Source: Candidatus Woesearchaeota archaeon (GTDB taxonomy: Archaea > Nanobdellota > Nanobdellia > Woesearchaeales > GW2011-AR4). Taken from it: a stretch of 64,000 nucleotides of DNA. How positions within the stretch are numbered: the stretch's first letter is position 1; every line of letters begins with the position of its first letter. The notes under the pieces were generated by a model that did not search any database, was not told the origin of the DNA, and saw only the letters and a program-made list of their open reading frames with translations. Both the position numbers and the translations under genes were made by a program. The DNA lies in assembly GCA_016185755.1 (NCBI GenBank), contig JACPMX010000016.1, forward strand, positions 985 to 64,984. Direction: 5' to 3'. Below, one piece after another: positions 17,238-26,766 of this stretch.

Positions 17238-18008
17238 ATGGAGAAAATAAGGATAATAGCCAGGCTGGATGTCAAGGGCCCCAATGTCATCAAAGGGGTG
17301 AATCTCGAAGCCTTGAGGGTGGTTGGAAAGCCGGAAAAGATGGCTGAAGATTATTACAGGCAGGGGGCAGACGAGCTGATATACATAGACATTGTTGCAA
17401 GCCTTTATGGGAGGCAAAATCTCCTTAACATAGTGAACCTGACATCTGACAAGATATTCATACCATTCACTGTTGGCGGCGGGGTAAGGACTCTTGATGA
17501 CATAAGCCTGTTCTTAAAAGCAGGAGCAGACAAGGTGGCAATAAATACTGCAATAACCAAAAACCCGGATTTAATAACGAAAGCTTCAAGGATGTTCGGG
17601 TCGCAATGCATCGTTGCTTCTATAGAGGCAAAAAAGGCACCAGAAAATAAATGGGAGGCATACACTGAAAATGGAAGGGAAAAAACAGGCCTTGATGTGG
17701 TAAAATGGGCAAAGAAAGTGGAAAAACTCGGGGCAGGAGAGATACTCCTGACGTCCATAGACAAAGAAGGCACCAAAAAAGGATTTGATATCGAGCTCAT
17801 AAAGCAGGTTTCTGAAGCTGTTTCTGTCCCGTTGATCGTATGCGGCGGCGCAGGCAATGCCGGCCACATCGTTGAATGCATTGAAAGCGGAAACATCGAT
17901 GCAGTGGCAGTTTCCTCAATTCTTCATTACGGGACATCGACTATCGGCGAGATTAAGAATCACCTTGCCAAGAGTGGAATTAGCGTGAGAAAAAATGCAA
18001 AATTATGA
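17238..18008 (+). CDS. HisF-like cyclase subunit (imidazole glycerol phosphate synthase family) of the glycan-cluster WbuZ type
   Basis: RIIARLDVKG...VVGKPEKMAEDYYRQGADELIYIDI...GGGVRTLDD is the HisF (beta/alpha)8 signature. It is located in a sugar cluster next to the HisH-like gene and the PP-loop amidotransferase, not in a his operon. Confidence 0.8.
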   Translation: MEKIRIIARLDVKGPNVIKGVNLEALRVVGKPEKMAEDYYRQGADELIYIDIVASLYGRQNLLNIVNLTSDKIFIPFTVGGGVRTLDDISLFLKAGADKVAINTAITKNPDLITKASRMFGSQCIVASIEAKKAPENKWEAYTENGREKTGLDVVKWAKKVEKLGAGEILLTSIDKEGTKKGFDIELIKQVSEAVSVPLIVCGGAGNAGHIVECIESGNIDAVAVSSILHYGTSTIGEIKNHLAKSGISVRKNAKL

Positions 18009-18657
18009 AATTCCGGATGTAAGCATAATTGATTACGGAATAAACAATCTCAAGAGTGTAAACATTGCATTCCAAAGCATAGGAAGAACCGCGAAAATAA
18101 TTGACGCTCCCGAGGACGTACAATCGGCAAAATGCCTTGTATTGCCGGGGATAGGCGCATTTCACAGCGCCATGGAAAACCTCAGGAAAAAATCCCTGAC
18201 AGAGCCAATCAGGCAAAAAGTCAAAGACGGAACCCCAATTTTAGGGATATGCCTGGGGATGCAGCTGCTGTTCTCTGAAAGCGAGGAGTTCGGGCTGCAC
18301 AAGGGGCTCGGCCTGGTTCCGGGAAGAGTCATACCATTCAAATCGCCAAAGGAAATTAATATAAAGGGCTATAAAGTACCGCATATAGGCTGGAGCGAGC
18401 TGATATTCCAAAAAAACAGTGTCAAAAATACGCTGCTTGAGAACCTGCCGGAACAATGCGAGGTTTATTTTGTGCATTCATACTTCCCCAAGGCTGATGA
18501 TGCAGGCACTGTATTGGCGACTGCCAAATACGGCGGCCAGGAATTTTGCGCAATAGTCAAAAAAGGCAATATCACGGGAACCCAGTTTCACCCTGAGAAA
18601 AGCGGGGAAATAGGGCTGAGCATGCTAAGGACATTTTGCAATCAAAATTGCAGATGA
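17995..18657 (+). CDS. HisH-like class-I glutamine amidotransferase subunit (WbuY type)
   Basis: IIDYGINNLKSV...VLPGIGAF...GICLGMQLL (Cys nucleophile)...HSY...FHPEKS. Overlaps the upstream gene by 14 nt. Confidence 0.8.
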   Translation: MQNYEIPDVSIIDYGINNLKSVNIAFQSIGRTAKIIDAPEDVQSAKCLVLPGIGAFHSAMENLRKKSLTEPIRQKVKDGTPILGICLGMQLLFSESEEFGLHKGLGLVPGRVIPFKSPKEINIKGYKVPHIGWSELIFQKNSVKNTLLENLPEQCEVYFVHSYFPKADDAGTVLATAKYGGQEFCAIVKKGNITGTQFHPEKSGEIGLSMLRTFCNQNCR

Positions 18658-19892
18658 TTATAAAAGGCGCTGAAATGGTTTCTAAAAAAATACTGGACAG
18701 GCAACTGCCGGATCTGCCCCAAGAGATAAAATTCTGCAGAAAATGCGTGGTTTCCAACCAGCGCCCAAGGATAATTCTTGACGAGGAAGGCGTTTGCAGC
18801 GCGTGCAGGTTTGCATACGAGAAGGAGCATGCCATAGACTGGAAAGAAAGAGAAGACCTGCTTAGGAAACTATGCGACAAGTACAGGAGAAATGACGGAA
18901 GATTTGACATTGTCGTGCCCTCAAGCGGAGGCAAAGACTCGTCAGCAGTCGCGCACAAGCTAAAGCACAAGTATGGGATGCACCCTTTGACAATTACATG
19001 GGCTCCTTTGGACTACACCCCTATAGGCTGGCAGAATTTCAGGAACTTTACAAAGTCAGGATTTAACAATCTCTTATTCACGCAAAATGGCAAGCTGCTT
19101 GCAAAGCTGGCCAGGCTGGCTTTCGAGGCGGTAGGGGACGTTTTCCTTCCGTTCATATACGGCCAGACGTCTTTTGCCTTCCACGTGGCTTTGATGATGG
19201 ACATCAAGCTTGTATTTTTCGGCGAGAACCCGGAAGCGGAATACGGAGGCTCCTTGAAGTACAAGGACAAGCCGGGCATACCGATCAAAGACTGGGCAGA
19301 TACATATTATAAGGGAGTCACTGTGGACGACCTCGTAAAATACGGGCTTGAAGAAACGGATTATTTTACAAAAGACGATTATGACGAATGCGACCTTACA
19401 TTTTACAGGCCCCCTCCCTTGGAAGAATTGGAAAAAAAGGACATACAGTTCCACTGGTTTGGCTTTTATGAAAAATGGGTGCCGCAGGAAAATTATTATC
19501 ATGCCGCTGAAAATACCGGGTTCCAGCCCAATCCGGAAGGAAGGTCGGAAGGCACATATTCAAAGTATGCAAGCCTTGACGACAAATGGGATCCCTTCCA
19601 TTTTTACTTCTCATTCATAAAATTTGGAATCGGAAGGGCGACATCGGACGCATCCCACGAGATAAGGGACGGCCATATAACAAGGGAAGAAGGGACTGCA
19701 TTAGTAAAGAAATTTGACTCGGAGTTCCCTAAAAAGCATTTTAAGGAGTTCCTGGCTTTTATTGGCATGGATGAGGGGCAGTTTTGGAAAACAGTTGACA
19801 AGTTCAGGACAAGCCATATATGGAAAAAAGAAAACGGGGAATGGAAGCTAAGAAAAGCTGTTTATGACGAAGCAATCAGCATCTCCCGATGA
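18636..19892 (+). CDS. N-acetyl sugar amidotransferase (PP-loop ATP pyrophosphatase, WbuX/PseA-like; acetamidino-forming)
   Basis: N-terminal CxxC...CxxC zinc ribbon (CRKCVVSN...CSAC) then the PP-loop VVPSSGGKDSSAV. Characteristic partner of HisH/HisF-like pairs in LPS/glycan loci. The start may be Met 18675. Confidence 0.8.
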   Translation: MQSKLQMIIKGAEMVSKKILDRQLPDLPQEIKFCRKCVVSNQRPRIILDEEGVCSACRFAYEKEHAIDWKEREDLLRKLCDKYRRNDGRFDIVVPSSGGKDSSAVAHKLKHKYGMHPLTITWAPLDYTPIGWQNFRNFTKSGFNNLLFTQNGKLLAKLARLAFEAVGDVFLPFIYGQTSFAFHVALMMDIKLVFFGENPEAEYGGSLKYKDKPGIPIKDWADTYYKGVTVDDLVKYGLEETDYFTKDDYDECDLTFYRPPPLEELEKKDIQFHWFGFYEKWVPQENYYHAAENTGFQPNPEGRSEGTYSKYASLDDKWDPFHFYFSFIKFGIGRATSDASHEIRDGHITREEGTALVKKFDSEFPKKHFKEFLAFIGMDEGQFWKTVDKFRTSHIWKKENGEWKLRKAVYDEAISISR

Positions 19893-19934
19893 TCAGCCAC
19901 GGAGCTTGTTCTTTTAACAGGCATAAATCATAAT

Positions 19935-21911
19935 ATGAACCACTCAACCTATATCTTCATCAGGGATAGTTTTGAGGCATCTCTTTTCAAAAAAACAATA
20001 GCAAAAGGAATGCTGGAGAAGCACGATATAACTGCTGTTTTGTGGAGCGGAGTTGATGCTGATTTTTTTGAAAGCCGGGGCTATAATCATATAAAGCTGG
20101 ACAGCTCCGGAGAAAGGGGAAGCCTAATAAAAATCAGGAAAAATGCGGCAGAGCTTGTCAAGGCACTTCCCCACAAAAAAATTTTTGATGACAGGTCCCT
20201 TGTAGAGCTGCTTGACTACAGGGGATTCTCCCTATGGTGGTTTGTAAGGCAGGATTTCTATACAAATTGCGTGTCTGCCGTCAATGAGATATCAATGATA
20301 AGGAACACCATAAAAGAGAGAAAAGTCAAGAAAATACTGGTTTTGAGCAAAAGCGGCGGATTTCCAGAGGCAATAAAGGAAGCAGCAAAAAACCTCAATG
20401 TAAAGATTACAATACTTGTTCCGCCTGCCTTTGCGCTGCCTTTCAACCCTTCATTTCAAAATGCAGGAAACACTTTATCTGCCTTTTTCCCAAGGTCCAT
20501 AAGGGTGATCCAGGGATTTTTTAGGTCATGGCACGCCCGAAATAAAAAAGGAAAGCAAAATATCCTGCTCTATACGAGGTCAGACTACTGGTCTTATGTC
20601 AAAGAGAACGTAAGAAACGATGCCCATTCCTATACGCTATTAAGGGAGCTGTCAAATTCTCCAAAATATAACCCGGTGCTTTTGGACGTGGCGCTCACCA
20701 AATCAGCAGCGTGGAGCAGCATCAAAGAAAATAAAAAATCATACCTTCCCTTCGAATATTTCCTCTTTAAGAGCTTTTTTGACTTGAGCCTGAAGAAAAA
20801 TATCGACATCCAAAAGAAGCGCCTCGGAAGCCTGTGGGAAAAGCTTGACAAAAACGACAAATTTAATCAGATGCTTGTACTTGACGGAATCTCCCTATAC
20901 GGCGTGCTGAGGCAGCACATAAAATCATACTTCTTTGCCACTTTCGGCTCATTTACAAATGCTATAAGGAACATAGAAACAGCCAGAAAGCTGATGGACT
21001 GGTGCAATATAGATGAGGTGATCTGCCTGGACGAAAACGGCTCTTCGCGCTTCTTGGTTTTTGCTGCGAGAATGAGCGGCATACCTTCCGTAGGAATACA
21101 GCACGGAGCATTCTCGACAGAAGAGAGCATAGTCTATAACTACAGCAAGAGCGACTTATACGGATATGGAAGAAACCTCAACTGCCAGCTTCCAGACATG
21201 ACTGCGGTATTTGGAAACTATTTTAAGAATCTCCTAGTTAAAGAAGCAAGTTATCGGCCTGGCTTGATAGCTGTCACAGGCAGGCCCCAAACAGACATAA
21301 TATACGAGAACAAAGGAAAATACTCTAAGAAGGAATTATGCAGAAAACTTGGAATAAGCGCTGAAAAGAGATTGGTGCTATTCGCATCCCAGCCCCTCGG
21401 GGCGGAAGCCGAAGAAACTTTTATCTCATTAGCCAGCTCGCTGAAGCACTTTAAAAGCATACACCTTGTAGTAAAGCTGCATCCCGGAGACTCCCAAAGT
21501 TTCTTTCAGGACTCGCTGGAGAAAATGAAATACAAGGCAACAATAGTCAAAGATGAGGACATCTTCAGCCTGATAGCATGCTCAGATTTGGTGATATCCA
21601 TACAGTCAACCGTGATTCTTGAGGCGCTGCTGCTCGAAAAGCCGGTGATTCAGCTGAACACGATCGAAAAATATGAAAACCTTTTCGGCGAGCTTGCCGA
21701 AAAGCTCATCAAGCATGTAACGAAAGAGAGCGAGATTAGCAGAGTGATCAAAAGCATGCTGTCTTCCAGACAAGAAAGCAGGAATATGAAAATGAGGAAG
21801 AAATTCATATATGAGTACTACTACAAAATCGACGGGAACTCGTCCAAAAGGGCAATAAGCGAGGCTGAAAAACTTCTCAAAGTAAAAAGCAGCGCTATCC
21901 GGGCATTTTAA
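19935..21911 (+). CDS. TagF/TagB-like GT-B glycosyl/glycerophosphotransferase (PF04464-like C-terminal domain) with an extra N-terminal domain
   Basis: C-terminal HLVVKLHPGDS...IACSDLVISIQSTVILEALLLEKPVIQL matches the K.HP...D.LITDYSS...E....KPVI pattern of CDP-glycerol glycerophosphotransferases / KpsS-like enzymes. Confidence 0.5.
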   Translation: MNHSTYIFIRDSFEASLFKKTIAKGMLEKHDITAVLWSGVDADFFESRGYNHIKLDSSGERGSLIKIRKNAAELVKALPHKKIFDDRSLVELLDYRGFSLWWFVRQDFYTNCVSAVNEISMIRNTIKERKVKKILVLSKSGGFPEAIKEAAKNLNVKITILVPPAFALPFNPSFQNAGNTLSAFFPRSIRVIQGFFRSWHARNKKGKQNILLYTRSDYWSYVKENVRNDAHSYTLLRELSNSPKYNPVLLDVALTKSAAWSSIKENKKSYLPFEYFLFKSFFDLSLKKNIDIQKKRLGSLWEKLDKNDKFNQMLVLDGISLYGVLRQHIKSYFFATFGSFTNAIRNIETARKLMDWCNIDEVICLDENGSSRFLVFAARMSGIPSVGIQHGAFSTEESIVYNYSKSDLYGYGRNLNCQLPDMTAVFGNYFKNLLVKEASYRPGLIAVTGRPQTDIIYENKGKYSKKELCRKLGISAEKRLVLFASQPLGAEAEETFISLASSLKHFKSIHLVVKLHPGDSQSFFQDSLEKMKYKATIVKDEDIFSLIACSDLVISIQSTVILEALLLEKPVIQLNTIEKYENLFGELAEKLIKHVTKESEISRVIKSMLSSRQESRNMKMRKKFIYEYYYKIDGNSSKRAISEAEKLLKVKSSAIRAF

Positions 21912-22749
21912 AGTCATACTTCTCATAGTAAGCCATTCCCTTTTTATGCAGCACATACTGAAAGATTGACCTTAAAACATTGAATCCGTAGGTTATGCTC
22001 TTAACCCTTGAAATCTCATCGCCGTAGAATGTAGGTATGGGAACCTCCTTTATCCTTAATCCCCTGCTGTGGAACTGTATCAAAATTTCAGTGTCAAAAT
22101 GGAAATCATCGGAGCACTTGTTAAAAGGCACTTTCTTCAGCGCATGGCAGCTGTAAGCCCTGTAGCCTGAGTGAAACTCGCTCAGTTTGGATCCGAGAAG
22201 GGCATTCTGGATGAAGGTCAAAAATCGGTTGCCCAGAAATTTGTAGACAGGCATCCCCCCTTTAAGAGGATGACCCATCATTCTCGATCCATTTACCATA
22301 TCAGCTTCATCATCGATTAATGGCTGCAGCATCTTTCCAAGCGCTTCAGGCGCATACTGGGCATCTCCGTGAAGCATGACAACAATATCCTGCCCTTTTT
22401 TAATAGCGTAATTATACCCTTTTTTCTGGTTGCCCCCGTACCCAAGATTTTTGGGATTCCTGTAGACATTCAATTTTTTCAGCGCATTCCTGTATTTGTA
22501 GCCCAGGGCGGCATAGTATGTGTTGTCATCACTGGAGTCATCAATAAGGAATATTTCGTTTACCTTGCCGTAAACCTCTTTAGGTATCCTCCTTATAACC
22601 TCGTCAAAAGTCTTCACGGCCTGATACGCAATGATGAACACCGCTATCTTCTTTACGCTTGTTTTTTTCACCATTGGACATAAAATCCGCCAATTATTTA
22701 AATATCTTGCTTTTGAATATTTTAATTTAAAATCCTCCCATGACATCAA
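21895..22749 (-). CDS. GT2-family glycosyltransferase (polyprenyl-phosphate sugar synthase, ArnC/Dpm1-like)
   Basis: IAVFIIAYQ...IFLIDDSSDDNT...DIVVMLHGDAQYAPE is a GT-A DxD fold. Confidence 0.75.
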   Translation of the reverse strand: MMSWEDFKLKYSKARYLNNWRILCPMVKKTSVKKIAVFIIAYQAVKTFDEVIRRIPKEVYGKVNEIFLIDDSSDDNTYYAALGYKYRNALKKLNVYRNPKNLGYGGNQKKGYNYAIKKGQDIVVMLHGDAQYAPEALGKMLQPLIDDEADMVNGSRMMGHPLKGGMPVYKFLGNRFLTFIQNALLGSKLSEFHSGYRAYSCHALKKVPFNKCSDDFHFDTEILIQFHSRGLRIKEVPIPTFYGDEISRVKSITYGFNVLRSIFQYVLHKKGMAYYEKYDFKMPG

Positions 22750-22789
22750 GCCAAGCAGGAATCAATAAAAGTTGGGATAATTTGCAGAA

Positions 22790-24325
22790 TCATTGCACAT
22801 AATATATGTAGGCATTTCCTTTTGTATTTTTTATCTCTTTGAGAAGCTTCCAGCCTTTTTGCTGCTTAATTATCTCTTCAGGAAAAGACCATCCATAGTT
22901 TTTTGGTATTGAATTCAAAACCTGCCAATCAATTATGATATATGCATTTTTAACCTCTGAAAAATTGATTGAGCTGCTCCCTTTGTAAGGATAATTGCCA
23001 TCCAGGTATATTTTTATGTTTTCTGTGCTTTTATATCCGCTCAGGAAGGCGTATGAGGGGTAAGATGCACCGTCTACATATACGACTATGCCGCTTTTCC
23101 CCTGCTTTGACAGAAAATCAAGCGCTTCTTTTGCATTTGACCTGGAGCCCCTGTCAGGATTAAGGTAAATGAATCCCAAGGAAGTCAAAAGCAGGAATAT
23201 GACGGCAAAAGGCGCCAGATACTTTTTTATTATTTTGTCCTTCTCCGACAGGAAACTTGCAAGTATAAGGACTGCCGGGAAGCTCAGCACTGCAAGATAC
23301 CTTGGGCTCCCTGCCGCCAAAGGTATGTAATTGCCCAAATTGAATGTCGTCGGGCCAAAGTTTATGTACAGGAACATCCCATAAAGCCACAATAAAACCG
23401 TTGTCGTTCCCTCAGTCCTCTTAAAAAACACGTAATACCCGGATGCCATCAAAATAAATATAAAAAAGAAGCCGAACTGGAAATTTGTGAGAACCAGGTA
23501 AGGAAAATGGAAAAACAGCCTTTCAAAGAGCCTTGCCCCGCTATAATCATAGAGATTTTTCATTGCTGTTGAATATTCATGCTCAAACTGGCTCTCTGTT
23601 AGGAATGGATTTCCCGAAACTGAATAATTGTGGAGCATTGCGGCAAAAAACACCACCATGAATCCCGCTAAAATGAGCATGTAGCCCCATTCAATCCTCC
23701 TGATAAAAGGCATCTTTCTTTTTAAAAAGAAAAGCTCGTACAAGCCAAATGCAGCCATAAATATGAATACGAGCAATCCGCTGGTTTTCATGTAATAGGC
23801 TATTCCGGCGGATATCCCTGAGGAGACATATAAAGCCGACTTTCTCCAGCCTGCAGATGCCCTCCTGCCTACAAGGAATGCAAGGACAGCAATGCCCATA
23901 AAAAAGGAATGAGGTATGTCGGGCAGCATAGCCGTGGAGTTGATTACATCCAGCGGGTAAAATGACAGCAGAAAAGCAGCGATCAGCCCAACTTCCCTGC
24001 CAAGCAAAAATGACCCCAGCCAATATACAAGCAAAATTCCAAGCAAGGAAGTAATAAGAGAGAACAAATAAGACGAGAATTCACTCACGCCGAATATTCT
24101 GTAAAAAAACGCTACAGGATATATGTAAGTAATCCTTGTTGAATAATGCACATCTGCTTCTGTCGGACTATACGTGCCTGACACAATCTGATACGCGTAT
24201 TTGTCATGGCTGACATCAGCAGACCCCAGAAGCCCTGTGGGAAAAAAAAGCCTTAGGAATAGTGCAAATACAAGTATACCGGCCAAAAATTTCCAATAAT
24301 TTTTATCCTTAATTTCCAGCAACAC
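22790..24325 (-). CDS. GT-C fold membrane glycosyltransferase (GT39/GT83 ArnT/PMT-like)
   Basis: 511 aa, about 11-13 TM helices. The N-terminal first loop carries an acidic motif (SADVSHDKYAY). It is adjacent to and co-oriented with a polyprenyl-phosphate sugar synthase (the ArnC/ArnT arrangement). Confidence 0.5.
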   Translation of the reverse strand: MLLEIKDKNYWKFLAGILVFALFLRLFFPTGLLGSADVSHDKYAYQIVSGTYSPTEADVHYSTRITYIYPVAFFYRIFGVSEFSSYLFSLITSLLGILLVYWLGSFLLGREVGLIAAFLLSFYPLDVINSTAMLPDIPHSFFMGIAVLAFLVGRRASAGWRKSALYVSSGISAGIAYYMKTSGLLVFIFMAAFGLYELFFLKRKMPFIRRIEWGYMLILAGFMVVFFAAMLHNYSVSGNPFLTESQFEHEYSTAMKNLYDYSGARLFERLFFHFPYLVLTNFQFGFFFIFILMASGYYVFFKRTEGTTTVLLWLYGMFLYINFGPTTFNLGNYIPLAAGSPRYLAVLSFPAVLILASFLSEKDKIIKKYLAPFAVIFLLLTSLGFIYLNPDRGSRSNAKEALDFLSKQGKSGIVVYVDGASYPSYAFLSGYKSTENIKIYLDGNYPYKGSSSINFSEVKNAYIIIDWQVLNSIPKNYGWSFPEEIIKQQKGWKLLKEIKNTKGNAYIYYVQ

Positions 24326-24466
24326 TTAGCATCCAGCCCGGATTATTGCACGCTATTTAAATAAATTTCCCTGAGCAGATGGATCAACTGGCTGACGAAT
24401 GTCGTTTACTCTGTTGCGAAAGCTTTATAAATCGTATCCGAATATTATTTTTGGGCTGGTGGCAAT

Positions 24467-24925
24467 ATGATTGAAGGCGTCCAGATTAAAAAACTAAAAA
24501 AAATAACAGATGAGCGCGGATTCCTGATGGAAATGCTCAGGAATGACGACACTTTCTTCCAAAAATTTGGCCAGGTATACATGACCGTGTGCAATCCAGG
24601 ATACGTCAAGGCATGGCACTACCATAAAAAACAAAGCGATAATTTTGCTGTTGTAAAGGGGACGGGAAGGGTGGGCCTTTATGACAGAAGAAAAGACTCA
24701 ACGACAAAAGGAGATGTGATGGATATGACTATTGGGGAGGGCAACCCTGCGCTCGTATTCATCCCAAAAGGGGTTGTTCACGGATTTGAAGCCGTTGGAA
24801 ACGAGCCATGCTTCCTGATAAATACAGTGACAGAGCCTTACAATTACAATTCCCCCGACGAGGAAAGGATAGACCCGTTTGACAATGATATTCCATTTAA
24901 ATGGAAAAACAAAAAGGGTTGGTAG
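24467..24925 (+). CDS. RmlC-like cupin (dTDP-4-keto-6-deoxyhexose 3,5-epimerase or FdtA/QdtA-type 3,4-ketoisomerase)
   Basis: DERGFLMEM...AWHYHKKQSD...GVVHGFEAVGNEP...IDP.D matches RmlC-type cupins. At 152 aa it is short for RmlC, consistent with the ketoisomerase subgroup. Confidence 0.6.
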   Translation: MIEGVQIKKLKKITDERGFLMEMLRNDDTFFQKFGQVYMTVCNPGYVKAWHYHKKQSDNFAVVKGTGRVGLYDRRKDSTTKGDVMDMTIGEGNPALVFIPKGVVHGFEAVGNEPCFLINTVTEPYNYNSPDEERIDPFDNDIPFKWKNKKGW

Positions 24926-24927
24926 CT

Positions 24928-25926
24928 ATGCGTCTGTTAGTTACCGGGGGCTCGGGCTTTATAGGCTCTAATTTTATAAGGCTTATTCTTTCAAAATATC
25001 CGGGCTACAGTGTGATAAACCTTGACAAGCTTACTTATGCTGGCAACCCTGACAACCTTAAGGATGCTGAAAGCAACAGGAATTACAAATTTGTCAAAGG
25101 AGACATTTGCGATTCCAAGATTGTCAGAGATCTGATGAAAAAAACAGATGCAGTTGTCCATTTCGCAGCAGAAACACATGTCGACAGGAGCATAATGGAC
25201 GCCGGCACCTTTATACAAACGGATGTCTATGGGACATTTGTGCTGCTAAACGAGGCAAGAAAAAGCAACATAAGCAAGTTCATTCACATTTCCACTGATG
25301 AAGTGTATGGCAGCATAGAAAAAGGGTCATTTACCGAAGAAAGCTCGCTGAACCCAACAAACCCATATTCAGCTTCAAAAGCAGGGGCAGACAGGCTGGC
25401 ATATTCCTATTTCAAGACCTTTAATCTGCCGGTTTGCATATCAAGAAGCTCCAATAATTTCGGCCCGTACCAGCATCCGGAAAAATTCATTCCCCTGTTC
25501 ATAACCAACGCAATTGAAAACAAGCCACTGCCGCTTTATGGGGACGGGAAAAACAGGAGAGACTGGATATATTCACCGGATAATTGCCGAGCGATTGATC
25601 TGCTGCTGCACAAGGGAAAAATAGGAGAGGTTTACAATATCGGCGGCGGCAATGAAATGGAGAACATTGAAATCGCAAAAATGATAATTAAGGAGCTCGG
25701 GAAAAATGAAGACATGATAAATCTTGTCAGGGACCGGCCCGGGCACGATAAGAGATACTCGCTAAACAGCAGGAAAATCGGCCACCTTGGATTTAAGCCA
25801 GGCCGGGATTTCAAGAGCGCGCTAAAGGAAACTATAAGATGGTACACCAAAAACACCCAATGGTGGAAAAAAATAAAATCCGGGGAGTACAGACGCTATT
25901 ATGGCAGGCAATATAAAGCTGATTAG
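24928..25926 (+). CDS. rfbB: dTDP-glucose 4,6-dehydratase
   Basis: MRLLVTGGSGFIGSNF...YSASKAGAD... (YxxxK). Full-length RmlB match. Confidence 0.9.
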   Translation: MRLLVTGGSGFIGSNFIRLILSKYPGYSVINLDKLTYAGNPDNLKDAESNRNYKFVKGDICDSKIVRDLMKKTDAVVHFAAETHVDRSIMDAGTFIQTDVYGTFVLLNEARKSNISKFIHISTDEVYGSIEKGSFTEESSLNPTNPYSASKAGADRLAYSYFKTFNLPVCISRSSNNFGPYQHPEKFIPLFITNAIENKPLPLYGDGKNRRDWIYSPDNCRAIDLLLHKGKIGEVYNIGGGNEMENIEIAKMIIKELGKNEDMINLVRDRPGHDKRYSLNSRKIGHLGFKPGRDFKSALKETIRWYTKNTQWWKKIKSGEYRRYYGRQYKAD

Positions 25927-25985
25927 GCAATAACAGCAAAATTTATTATTACGGGCAAAAACCGGATGATTATTCAGATTGCAGG

Positions 25986-26732
25986 ATGCAGCAGGCAAAG
26001 AAAATGAACAAAATCAGGGGAGTGATACTTGCAGGAGGATTTGGCTCAAGGCTAGGCTTACTGACAAGAATAACAAACAAGCACCTGCTGCCGGTTTATG
26101 ACAAGCCAATGATATTCTATCCGCTGCAGAAGCTGCTTGACGCGGGAATCAAGGACATACTCATAGTTTCCGGTCCGGAATACTCCGGGCATTTTCTGAG
26201 GCTGCTGGGCTCCGGCAGGGAATTTGGCGTCAGGTTCACATATGAAATTCAGGACGAAGCCGGAGGCATTGCACAGGCCCTTGGGCTGGCTGAGGGCTTT
26301 GCAGACGGCAATAACGTAGCGGTAATTTTAGGAGATAACATATTTGAGGACAACCTTTCCAATGAAATAAACTCATTTACTGCCGGGGCTAAGCTGTTTT
26401 TGAAGGAAGTTGCCGATGCAAACAGGTTCGGAGTTGCGCAAATATCAGGAAACAAGATTATCGGCATTGAAGAGAAACCAAAAAAACCAAAATCCAGCTA
26501 TGCCGTTACAGGGCTATACCTTTATGACTTCAGGGTGTTTGACATAATAAAATCCCTTAAGCCATCTTCCCGCGGGGAGCTGGAAATCACAGACGTCAAC
26601 AACCATTATATAAAAGACGGAAAAATGTCATATTCAATAGTAAAGGGATTCTGGTCAGATGCAGGCACTTATGATTCCCTGTTAAGGGCATCAACACTCG
26701 TCAAGTCGTCCCGTGACAAGAAGAAAGAATAG
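25986..26732 (+). CDS. rfbA: Sugar-1-phosphate nucleotidyltransferase (glucose-1-phosphate thymidylyltransferase-like, short form)
   Basis: GVILAGGFGSRLGLLTRITNKHLLPVYDKPMIFYPL is the RmlA G-x-G-[TS]-R-L signature. Confidence 0.75.
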   Translation: MQQAKKMNKIRGVILAGGFGSRLGLLTRITNKHLLPVYDKPMIFYPLQKLLDAGIKDILIVSGPEYSGHFLRLLGSGREFGVRFTYEIQDEAGGIAQALGLAEGFADGNNVAVILGDNIFEDNLSNEINSFTAGAKLFLKEVADANRFGVAQISGNKIIGIEEKPKKPKSSYAVTGLYLYDFRVFDIIKSLKPSSRGELEITDVNNHYIKDGKMSYSIVKGFWSDAGTYDSLLRASTLVKSSRDKKKE

Positions 26733-26766
26733 AAATTGCCTAAATTTCAGCCCTAATAAAAATAAA

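Noticed and set aside
17238-18657. hisF/hisH as histidine biosynthesis genes
   Set aside because: There are no other his genes nearby, and they are flanked by the PP-loop N-acetyl-sugar amidotransferase within a sugar cluster. This is the WbuY/WbuZ-type paralog arrangement rather than the histidine operon.
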